A DNA stretch of 61,406 bases, counting the filler, from Choristocarpus tenellus KU-1152 (Eukaryota > Protista > Phaeophyceae): NCBI GenBank assembly GCA_964200185.2. It is 10 parts of 10 records of this genome, joined end to end, with 100 filler letters (N's around TTAATTAATTAA, not from the genome) between each part and the next. Parts side by side here need not be neighbours in the genome. Positions count along the whole stretch, not along the records: positions 50,149 to 52,936 come from CAXNAD020024758.1; positions 53,037 to 55,883 come from CAXNAD020024230.1; positions 55,984 to 61,406 come from CAXNAD020010832.1; 7 more parts are not named here. One strand, given 5' to 3'. Positions 51,000 through 61,406 of the stretch are shown in pieces. Under the pieces are notes generated by a model. That model did not search any database, was not told where the DNA came from, and was given only the letters and a program-made list of their open reading frames with translations. A program made the translations under genes and the position numbers. Each line of letters begins with the position of its first letter. The first letter of the stretch is position 1.

Positions 51000-52710
51000 G
51001 CCTCCCCGTACCTCATTGGTGAAACCGAGGATGTTCCTTGTAGGACTTTCTTTGCGGTTTTGAACACAATCCGTACCAGACGAAACCAGACGAAATCTGA
51101 TTTCGATTATCCAGTTCATGCGAGCGATTGTGAACCTCTGTACAAATCCGTATTAATATGTCGACATAGCACAAAAATGCTGGACCAAAAATAAGGTCTG
51201 GGGTTATACCCTGAGCACACGAAAATGTTCTCGAATTGATATGAGTCAAAGTAAACGAGGGTACCTAGGTTTCAGCTGGTATTGCATTATTGACCAATTT
51301 TTTAATCCGGGTACCTCTGGCTTATACTTTGACTCAATATGTGAAGTGTCAATAATTCTGTCCAACTTTGTTTCAAAGTTTTACAATCTTCCCAAGACCA
51401 ATAACAGTATGTTTGAAAAAAAACTGAAAGTGGAAACATGATAAATGACATCATCAGATATTGAACGCACCAACGTTTAATATCTTGAAAGGTTTGTGGA
51501 AGTGTGTGGAAGGCCCTCAACGAATTTAGTTTTTTTCAAGGTCTCATTTAGCCATATCCATGCATTCCAAAGCAAACATCCGAGGAAGGTTTTGTCACCC
51601 TGCCTTAACCTTGCTTAACGGTTGACAATGGTGATGCCAAGGTTCCCTTCAGAGCCTGCCAAGCAGTGTATTGATTACCCCCTTCTCATACAACATGGCA
51701 GATGAGGGCAACAAGGTAAATTTCAACTTGGCGAATCAAGAGACCTATGCAAAGTGCAAAGGAGATCGCTAGAAGGTCTAAGAAGACTTTGATGCAAATC
51801 TAATTCCTTGAAAGTGCTTCTGTTTGGCAGATAGTACTCTGAAAGCTGGAATAAAGAAGAAGGAAAAGTTCTTAAGTAGGGATTGCATAGGAGTTGTTTA
51901 ATTGCAGGTCCACCAACTGTTAAGGAAATCTCCTGCTTTCCGCCAACTTGAAAGTTGTTAGAGAAGTAGTTTGACGTTACTCATTAACCACAAAAGTTTG
52001 GAAAAAATCCACAAATGTATTCTCGACAGTTTCTTTCAGAGGCATTTCTTTCTGAGGCATAAGATACCATGGAGTAACTCAACCCTAATATAATAAAATG
52101 TTCTGATGTCACAGAAGATGAAACTTGCATTCCCAACCCCCAATGTGAAGAAGCTTATATTGAGATGGCCCACCAGAGAGCAACGTAATGATGCGGCCCC
52201 CTTAAGTCTGGGGGGATTGCACGGGAGGGAGATGGTCGACTACTGGGGTTTGTAGGGCTAGCACAGCAGAGTGAAAGCACTGCAGCGTTGGAGGAGGGTT
52301 TGGAGTGTATTGGCCTACCTGTTGTTGCGTTGAGAAGATGACATCAAAAGACGGCACATCTACCTCGAAGATCATTGTCTTGAAGAGAAAACATGACTCC
52401 AGGGCACTCTGATGAGACTTTTGGAAAAGGGGATACTACAAGGAAAAATGAGCATACTCAGAAAAACCCCTGTCAATAAACGAAACGAAAAATCAGCAGC
52501 TTGCCATGGTGTTGGAGTTGGTCTGTCTTGAGGAGCACACCATGTTCTTCGACAACGTGATCCATGACTCGACATATGTCACCAAGGATGAAGTGAAGGG
52601 TACAATGTACGATGTGTTTTGCTCTCCCGGACCTAGGAATAGTTCTGTGGAGATCTAGACGATGGAAACAGCTACCAATTAAGGTTACGATGCCATCCTT
52701 ATTGCAGTCA
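51000..52710 (+). pseudogene. Heavily decayed DNA transposase relic, possibly Sola-like
   Basis: Stop-interrupted translation gives, in order, YLIGETEDVPCRTFFAVLNTIRTRR, KVNFNLANQETYAKCK, SPAFRQL, AYSEKPLSINETKNQQLAMVLELVCLEEHTMFFDNV. These resemble motifs I recall for Sola-type transposases (VC..FF, N..F..P..DTC..C, FY.RQL, Y...L.I...K..DL). No catalytic DDD core recognised. Confidence 0.4.
51243..51335. mobile_element. 93-bp palindromic mini-element (family C)
   Basis: GAGTCAAAGTA...GAGGGTACC pairs with GGTACCTC...TACTTTGACTC; 11-bp perfect terminal inverted repeat. Confidence 0.75.
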
Positions 52711-52880
52711 GACCCAATGTATCTGGGAGGGGGTGGCGGGTGTCCATTTGGGGCCAATTTTTTCATGTAGCGATTTTTTTGTGGTTAGGTTGCATACGTC
52801 GGATGGATATTGTAAGTACAACTTTTCCTAGTTATGGTCCAAATGGACACCCTGGTGTTGAGCTTCTCCCCCCCCCCCCC
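52711..52880 (+). mobile_element. MITE family B copy, right end lost
   Basis: Colinear with 50690-50850 up to the poly-C tract. Confidence 0.75.
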
Positions 52881-53109
52881 GAGAGTCGCGGGCCCGGGGC
52901 CCAACCATCTGAAATTCTTTTTTTTTTTTCTTTAATNNNNNNNNNNNNNNNNNNNNNNNNNNNNNNNNNNNNNNNNNNNNTTAATTAATTAANNNNNNNN
53001 NNNNNNNNNNNNNNNNNNNNNNNNNNNNNNNNNNNNTTGGCTCCTTTCTGTCTCTCTTCCTCCTCGCTCGCGGTACTGTGCTCGTGCTGAGCGTGTTGGG
53101 GGGGGGGGG

Positions 53110-53149
<40 letters not shown>

Positions 53150-53594
53150 TTGTAAGGTTGCTTGCATTTCGCTATTTAGCCATGCCAATCGAAAGACGTT
53201 ATCATTTTGGGAGGCCTGAGATGTCTTGCACAGGGAACAACTCAGTTATATTCAACCACCTGAAGCGCAATAGTCTTCACCATACAGGAGCCCTCAGGGT
53301 GGAAAAAAACAAAGAGACTATGACCTTCACTTCCTGCCAATAGAGTTGTCCTCTGACTGTTGAGACCCTAGTTCTTCTCTTGCACACACACTGAGAGGGC
53401 CGATGCACTGTGTACAGCTTGGAAAGAGAAAAAAAGGAGGAGCACGCGCCTTACTTGGCGATGAGTCGTACGTTACAAAAATCCCAATGGCGTTTGATGT
53501 TTTATGTCATCACCCAACCCTTGTCCATCACGCAGGCATTAAAAAAATACTGTCAGTGCAATGACCCCTACACCTTCTTCCTTGCACCCCTCAC

Positions 53595-53669
53595 CTGAGG
53601 GGTCAAGACGCCAATACCATGAGAGCCAGCCCTAACTGCGGCAGCTATGTCATCTGGAGTATCGCCAAC
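53595..53669 (-). CDS. Single internal exon of a HAD-superfamily hydrolase
   Basis: AAG|VGDTPDDIAAAVRAGSHGIGVLTPQ|GTGAGG contains HAD motif IV (GDxxxD) followed by the usual A..AG...IGV. No other exons identified in this contig. Confidence 0.7.
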
Positions 53670-54579
53670 CTTGTTCATCACCATCATCGACAAGTCAAAA
53701 TACGATTTTGATACAAAGGCATTTTGCAGGGGAGGAGGGCAGGGCAGAAGCACCGAGGTGTGTATGAGACCATGTACTAAGGTTTGCTGGGTGGAGTTCT
53801 TGACATGCACGTAATGAGTGAGAAGAGGAGAGTCAGGTTCAGTGTGCAAGGCCGTTCTGCACACTACTCTGAGGATTCTTGCATTAGCATACTACAGTGG
53901 GGAGGTGTTACTTCCATGTGAGTAGGGTGGTCAATAGCTCCTTCTACTTAACCCTGTCTGCGAGAGCGTTCAATTGTTGTATGGCATCATTAGTACACTC
54001 AAAAGTAAGTCAGAAATATATAAATACATGTGTAAGTGTGTAGAATTCAGGTGTTTACTCCATACATAGAGTGGATATTTGGGTGTTTGCACAGTCTGCC
54101 TCATTGTTGGGGGGGGGGGGGGGTATATGCCCACAACTTCCGGCATGAAACACAGCACATCATGTTTCTAATCACTCGAGTCTAATTCATACTTACATCT
54201 GTCTTTGAAACTGTAAAAGTACTCGACAAGTACTTCCAGTGGAACCAATTTGAGGTTGGTAGAAACTCAAAGTCCTTATCATTCATAAGGATCGATGGAT
54301 GTGGTGTGGAGGGGGTGAGGGTGCCATTTAATCACCAACTGGCATGTTACAAATAACACAAAACAGTACGAAACCGGAACACTTTTACAAGATCGTTTCA
54401 AAAACAACAAGAATAATACCAATATGTTTCACACCGATTCCTTTAAAATACAAGCATGAAGTGACGAAGTCTTGTATAGTGCACAAACGCTGTAATGTAT
54501 AGTTGAACCATGTAACGACGAGAAACTTTGGTCTTTTTTAAGTGCTTTTTATGAAGCCGGACAATAATGCAAAGGGACC

Positions 54580-55190
54580 AGTCGGCAGCACAGACAGGTT
54601 CCAGTACTTACGACATGTCCAGACCAGGTCCAATGCTCATCAAAACCTGTCTGATCGACGGACCGGACCGGACTGGACTGGACTGGACTGGACTAAATAT
54701 TTTCTGGCACATCAGGATCAGGGCCATCAGATGTTCTACCGAGGCTGGACCACAGTACGAACTGGGACCACATTAGAATGAGGATTACATGAACCCAGTC
54801 CAGTCCGAACTCAAAAACATATTCCATCACAATAGTGGCAAAGAGTACCTGAAGGTATAGATTAAAACAAATTTATTCCCACATGTATTTGGGATATAAT
54901 CGGCACATAGTTCAACCAGGCCAACTCAGCCCGTCTTGACTGGGCAGTTTCAGTCTAAATACTCCATTATCCATGACCATCAACGGTTTCAACATGACCA
55001 GGCCAAGGGTTGACCCAGTACCAATTTTCTCTGACAGGTTCAGTACACAATCATCAACAGGTCCAATGTGGCCAGGGACGTACATAGACCCAGTATCAAT
55101 ATATTTCAACCGGGTAAGTTCATGGTCGCAAACAGTTTTTTCCAGCCCACAGCCATGGCACCTAACCCGGCCATGCTAGCTGCCCTGACT
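54580..55190. repeat. GGACT/GGACC-rich region, possible decayed TE subterminal array
   Basis: GGACC/GGACT pentamer run at ~54660-54694, inverse CCAGTCCAGTCC near 54795, and a duplicated GACAGGTT(C)CAGTAC...CAGGTCCAATG at ~54594 and ~55033. Confidence 0.4.
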
Positions 55191-56023
55191 GAGCTAAAGT
55201 CCTCGTCATTTTGCATCACTCCCCAACACACCGAGCACCATGACTAAGTTACCGTTCTGGTAACCCTTTTCATGCTCCACATTGTTTTCAACGCCTAGAG
55301 GCGTGTCTCGATACAAGTGATAACAAACAACGACGACGACAACAACAAAATTTCACAACGAAAGTAAAAACAATAAATAATACAACTCAATGCGCCTGAA
55401 ACGGGCAGACATGTTTCTTGTCATGCACTTACTCTAGGACTACTAAATCTTGGTATCTATGTACTCACAAAGAAGACAACACACCGAGCGAGCGAGATCT
55501 AAACCAATGAATATCATGCTTAATCAAAAATCAACATCTCCATAGAGCCTCAACACTTGCTGTGACCATAGACACCCTACCGTGACTCCCTAACCCTGTC
55601 CAAACGTTGGGTATCCTGGTGAACCCTTTTTGTATCTACTTGTGCAAAACAGATACTCTAAAAAAAAGTGCTTGCAACCAAGGGCAATCAAATCACGACA
55701 TCAAGAAGACACTTACACAGTCAGTCATCATCCACTAACCTCATGCACCGAGAAAAGTCTCCTTCGACAAAACCACCTAACCAAACATTGTTCACAGATA
55801 ACATCAGTACTGAGGGGGAGGGTTGTCAATAAAAGCCATGTTACTTAGAAACCCACCAGTGCTGTTTCCTTAGGGTTAACACCNNNNNNNNNNNNNNNNN
55901 NNNNNNNNNNNNNNNNNNNNNNNNNNNTTAATTAATTAANNNNNNNNNNNNNNNNNNNNNNNNNNNNNNNNNNNNNNNNNNNNCCCCCCCGACATACACA
56001 ATGTTCAAATTCATGTGATGTAG

Positions 56024-59000
56024 GAACTTGTGGACGATGACCGTGCTGCCAGCATCTGGAGCAGCTTTAGCACTCTCCTCTATCCTAAGGGGATATCATA
56101 CATTTCTGAGGAGGGAGAAAATCTGAATTTGAGTATCAACATTGCCAAACTTAGTGGGAAGCGCCTGCTGCTTCAGGTGGGTGATGACCACCCTAGACAT
56201 AAGAGATGAGACACTGGAATGCGTGTGTGTTTTATAGGGGAAGAGGGTTGTCATCAAAATGCCTGAGATTCTTGTAGATGATCAGCACTGCTGTTATCAA
56301 AGCCCTAACGTTGTTAACCCTGACCCTAATGTTATCAACCCTTAACCTGATGTTAGTAACCTTAACCCTAATGTTGAAGCGATAATGAATGCTTCCTATG
56401 TGTTTGGCTTGGTGGGATGAATTGACTTTTCTTAGTGATGTGTAGTGTTGCTTCTGTGTTGACTGATGCTGCAGAGGTAACATAACAGAATTTTACTTGC
56501 ATATTATTAAAGATAGTAAGAACAGTTCTATTTATATTAACATCTCTGACATGTATTGTTCCAGTTCGGTGGTACTACCTACATACATTTTATCGCCAAT
56601 GGCACAACACACACACAACACACACAACCAAGTGCACTCCTGCCGGCTGCATCTACCTCTTCTCTTAGGTGACGGTAAAATGTTGTACCACCTTTTTTTC
56701 AATGAATCATCCAATCTAGACCGTTATGCGATCCCTGCAGTACCCTCCCATATTGGCATCAATGTAAATAATAAATATTGTAAAATGTCATCTTATTATA
56801 CTAATATATATGTCGTGAATGTTTTTCATCTATTAACACATTGCTTCAAGTGAGCATTACAGCTGCTGCTAAAAGATCAAACACGATTTATATTTTGCCA
56901 AGAGTCTTTTGTAAAATGAGCCAAAGTGTCTTAGAGGGTAGAGCCGCGTCCATTTGGGGGCCAAAATCCAATGTTGCGATTTTGATGTAATTTTGACATT
57001 TGTTTGTTAGTAAGTGTCAATATCCTTATTCCGGGCACATCTTGTCATAACGTATACATTTTACCTACTCCGAAATCTTTTGGAGTAGGAAAGTGTCATA
57101 AAAACCTTGAGGGAAGCCAAGCCCCAAATGGACAAACAGGGCAAAACCCGTACCCTCTGAGATACTTTCACTCAAATGTTTGTAAAAGTTTGTTTTTATA
57201 TGAATGCAGTTCTATATGGTGCTGTTGTTTGCTCTGTGTTCCCAACAGGACAATGGTGCAGATACTCTTGATTATGTTTCTGTGTTTCCTTGGCTTTTTC
57301 TCAATTTTTGTTCAATACTTTGCAACTTTTTTCTTGGTTTGTATGAAAATGCTTTATGTTTTGACTAGTCCTAAAATTTGTACATCTCTCTTGGTTGTGT
57401 GTTATGTTTCTGATTACTGTTCTTTTTCTTTTTCCTATAACTGTGTGTTACGAGCAACAGATACATAGATACAATACATTGGTACCTCTGCCTTGATAGT
57501 GTTGATAATTGAACAAATTGGACAACTTAGCGCAGGAATGAATTCTGTTGGATCGATTTGATTTCGACCATGAGTGATGGTGTGACACAGCACAGTGGAC
57601 TAACCATTACCTAGTCTGTGAGAATGAGAGATGGTGTAATGTGTAACAAGTCTTCGCTCTGCTCCAGTAGATATGTTTAGGGTTAGGGTTAGTTTATAAT
57701 TTTGAAGTATATACTATCTATGATGTAATGTAATCTGGAGTAGAATGTGTAGTAAATGTTGTCTGAACTGCTTGCTTTGTGAATATTCCTAATTTGAACA
57801 TCAAACAAACTCCAAAGTACTTTTGTTTTGGAGTTTATGTAATAAAATATGCACGAGATATGATTGTTTACAACTAGACAGATACCTTATCACATAGAAC
57901 ATAGTAGTTTGCTAATTTACATCATTTGGGACATGGTTTGGAGTTTTGGGTGGGGATCACACAGAATCTTTTAATTCTTCCACCCTGAATTTAGTATACA
58001 GAAACCTCGTCTAAAAATTTGTGCCGGAAGCCTTCCACTGTTTAGAAAAACTGGAGAATATTTGTGTTGCTGTAACCCTAGTATGATGTGATGAATTATT
58101 TCTGTACTACAATGAGTATGAGTTGAACATGAATAATACACACATATACACCAGCGGAATTGGTAACAAGATCTAAAGAAATTCAAGTGGAACCTAACTT
58201 GAGGTGTTTGATTTCCAGACATACTACATAACTTGGGGTGATTCTACCTTCCAGTCACACAGCATACCTGCTGAACCTCACACCACCTCTCTAGCGTGCT
58301 CTCCAAAAGTGCTTTGTTGGTTCTTGTAACCTCTGCACATGGTCTGTTATAAGCCTGTTCAAGAACTCGCTGCCTCTTGTATTTACACATTAGTACCCTC
58401 AGTAGTGATGGCAGCAGTTTCCTTGTGAGATTGGCACTGTGATGTGCCTGTGGTTGACTCGACAGGTTTTTGAGTTCGTGATCCGTTCCATTATTCAGGA
58501 GGAATGAATGAGTCTCCATTCCACACACTGATTCATCCTGTTGAGTTAGATACTTTCTTATAGAGGGTGGGGGTTATAAGGTTATTTGTTTTGATTGAAG
58601 TGGAGAAATCTTACCACTCGATGGTATTAGACGTATTTTGTACCACTTAGATCAATTTGGGTTGGAGTAGAAAATTTTGTCTGTAATAGCGTGTACCTCT
58701 GTTACAAAATAGTGACATAATAGTTATTTTGGTACAGTTTCTATGTGATCCAGTGTGGAATACTATATCCGTTTGATATTATCCCATGGAGAAGTATTAG
58801 GGTTAGGGTTAGGGTTTGCAATATATTTCTAATTATTGGTGTTCAAATGATTGTGTTTGAATATATTTTAACCTGAAACCTAATGTAATCCTTCCCAAGT
58901 TAGGAAGTCGACCCAGTCACTTCCAGGTCCACTCATCACCATGATATCATAGTATTAGTAATAGTGAAATGCGGCCCTCACAAGATACATGCTTCACAGA

Positions 59001-61246
59001 GAACATACAGAACAACATGATGTATGAGATTCTATGTTGAATGCTTTGAGTGTAAGCACTTAAAGGAGAATTCATTTTCACCATTTTCCGTTTGAGATCT
59101 CTTCACACCTGATGGAATGTACACCATGCCTATGTCTGAAACACAGTTATCCTTCTTTGGAGGTTTTTAGCTGTAGAAGAGAGGATGAGAGCTGTGAACA
59201 TATTGCTAGTCAAAATCACCTTTGAGTGAAAGTATCTTAGGGTTAGGGTACGAATTTTGTTCTGTTTGTCCATTTGGGGCTTGACTTCTCAGAGGTTTTT
59301 TCATGACATTTCCTACTCTGAAATTTTCTGGAGTAGGTAAAATATCTATGTTATGAAAATATGTGTCCGGAACAAGGATATTGACACTTCCTAACAAACA
59401 CGATTGCCAAACTTACATCAAAATCGCAACATTGGATTTTGACCCCATTTGGACCCGGCCGTACCCTCTAAGATAATTTGACTCTTTCCACATTGCTCAA
59501 ACATATGCGCCACAGTCATGGGGAGCTCGTTGGAACCCCCTAATAGATAGTATCACTCTTGACTTCAGAATGCATCAACTAACTCCCATACCCCACTCCC
59601 CTCTCTCCACCTTTGTATGTATGTCATTGGTACTCTTGCTTGCAGTTAACCTGTGTGCTGATCAGTGTTTGTACACGAGTAATACCTCTGTTAATCCTCC
59701 AGAATATTGTGAGGTACATGGACAACTACAACCCTGCAAGCCCTACTGAAGGAGAGCATGCCACAGTCTACATGTCCATCATCATACTAGTCATCGTCCA
59801 GGTGCTGGACTGTTAGGTCTTGCTAGATGGTTCTTGAGAGCTATTAGAACCTAACTGGTTCAACTTGTTTGAGCTTCCAGCAGCGATTTCCATGACCAAA
59901 TTACCTTGATTCATCTTTAATATGCATGTACATATGTAAGGCATGTAAAAGACAGCACATGTAACCTAGAGTATGATAGAATCATGTGCAATACATGCAA
60001 ATATCTGCCAAGTTGTTGAAGACCCTTTTTTCTTAAGTACTTTTTATCCAAAAGAATGAGCAGAAACATTGTTGTGGGAAGATAGAAGGACAAAGTGCTG
60101 CTGAGGCACATTGTGTTTCATCTTCCTTTCATTTCCAGTAATTGTTGACAATTCCTTTCATGATGCAAACATTTTCATTCTCATTATGTGTATGTGAAAT
60201 CGTATCCTCCCTCACTGCCCTTGACACTCATTGAAGAAGCAATGATTGTGAGTGCTACTTCATCCCTAAATCTCTACTGCTTTGTTGTATATAGGCACTA
60301 TGATCTGATCTTGTAGTACATACTTGGGTTCAAAGTAACCCTCACCCAATTCATAACCAAGAAACTGAGGATACAAATTGTTTTATAGCCCAAGAGAGGA
60401 GTGTAAGCATTTTCAGTGTTTGTAAAACATTTTTTTTCCTTACTTTGTGCAAAGGGTCTTGAGATGCCATTTTACCACAAGCTCACCAGTCTAGTGTGGG
60501 CCTAGTACCTCAGTGGTACATAGCAAGCTTGATATCTTGATTGAGGGTTTTTGTTTTAGTGCATAATGTGTATCCCAAACAGACTGAAGTAAGTGTGTGG
60601 ATGCATTGAAGTTGCATGTGTGTAGATATATACGAGGACACCAGGACTCAGGTTCCGCAGACACCAAGTAGGAGCAAAGCCAGATGAGCAAAATTTCAGC
60701 TTTTTTTTTTCATATATTGCTATGTCCTTTTTTTCCCTTCAACATGTTTGAGTTAAGGCAAGTTTTCAAGATATCTGATACAGGAATACCTATGATTAAA
60801 TTTAGAGTGCTGTTATACCATAGCTTCAAAAATGTCTAGAATTCTTCTCCAAGTGTCACTGTCTCACCAGTTGTAATGATTCAATCATCATTGGAAATAG
60901 GACAAAGATGATGTCAGGTTTTGACATAATTTTTTTTTCTTCCATTTTTCATGTTGGGTTGACAACTGTAGTGGCTATTAGGTATTGTGATAGGTAGCTA
61001 TGATAAAAACTACCACTTAGATTTTAGAAAGTTGGTTAGGAAAGAGGCTTCTCCTTTGTTATTATACATCAACCTGTTGCATGTATGTATATCCTTCCAC
61101 AACAGGCAGCGGCAACCTTCTCAGACCTAATGACCTTGAAGCTGGGCAAACGACTGGGCATCCGTGCCCGATCTGCGTTGATATCTGCAGTGTTTCAGAA
61201 AGCAATGAGACTGGACATGAGCATGGTTGATGCTGGCCAGCTTCAG
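56024..61246 (+). CDS. ABC transporter, subfamily C (MRP-like), start of first transmembrane domain, partial
   Basis: Exons 56024-56176, 59646-59801, 61106-61246 in phase 0. ELVDDDRAASIWSSF, LISVCTRVIPLLILQNIVRY, RLGIRARSALISAVFQKAMRLD...GQLQ match the ABCC pattern G.R.RSAL...IY.K.LRL....G.I.NL. Confidence 0.8.
56918..57173 (+). mobile_element. MITE family A, complete 256-bp copy in ABCC intron
   Basis: TIRs GAGCCAAAGTGTCTTAGAGGGTA / TACCCTCTGAGATACTTTCACTC; internal hairpin CCTACTCCGAAA..TTTTGGAGTAGG; AAAT on both flanks. Confidence 0.88.
59224..59484 (-). mobile_element. MITE family A, complete copy in the same ABCC intron, opposite orientation
   Basis: Reverse-complement match to 56918-57173; TTT flanks both ends. 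Confidence 0.88.
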
Positions 61247-61406
61247 GCAAGTATGTATACATGTAGGAGGGATGTATCGCATGTACAGGGCCGAAAGGAG
61301 GGGGGAAATATACAAGCTTTTGGTGGAATCTAAAACCCAGTGATAAAACGAAACAGGTGCTGCAAGAATCTGTGTGATGGGAAGTGTAACAATTACTGTC
61401 ATATGG

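Noticed and set aside
53098-53148. Poly-G tract as G-quadruplex or polyproline exon
   Set aside because: Next to a contig end; long G runs there are unreliable and often sequencing artefacts.
57004-57468. 154-aa ORF with hydrophobic C-terminus
   Set aside because: First third is MITE sequence and the rest is T-rich intron; similar pseudo-peptides arise from other MITE copies.
1-61406. tRNA, rRNA, snRNA, Fanzor/TnpB or viral hallmark genes
   Set aside because: None recognised by eye; short structured RNAs could be missed without covariance-model searches.

Overview
Eukaryotic, intron-rich genomic DNA. Gene content and exon style suggest a stramenopile such as a brown alga or relative (inference only). 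The window is not one locus: nine artificial 100-nt spacers (44 N + TTAATTAATTAA + 44 N) split it into ten contigs, so adjacency across spacers is not evidence of linkage. Hand splicing gives three complete genes: a PSTAIRE CDK (8 exons, 301 aa, one GC-AG intron), mitochondrial ribosomal protein S6 (4 exons, 141 aa) and cyclophilin H (5 exons, 185 aa). Partial genes are an ABCB transporter, a MoeA/CNX1-like protein, a GHSMGG alpha/beta-hydrolase, a FUN14 protein with an EF-hand-like loop, a GT-A glycosyltransferase with an N-terminal repeat module, a large acidic IQ-motif protein, a HAD hydrolase exon and an ABCC transporter. Mobile DNA includes a decayed CRE-like non-LTR retrotransposon, a copia-like gag remnant, a possible Sola-like transposase relic, several MITEs and a roughly 1.3-kb-arm inverted duplication. 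I found no clear-cut new multi-gene system. The best leads are a set of non-autonomous elements sharing one terminal motif next to the transposase relic, the repeat-plus-glycosyltransferase protein, the large inverted duplication and the cutinase/chlorophyllase-like hydrolase.
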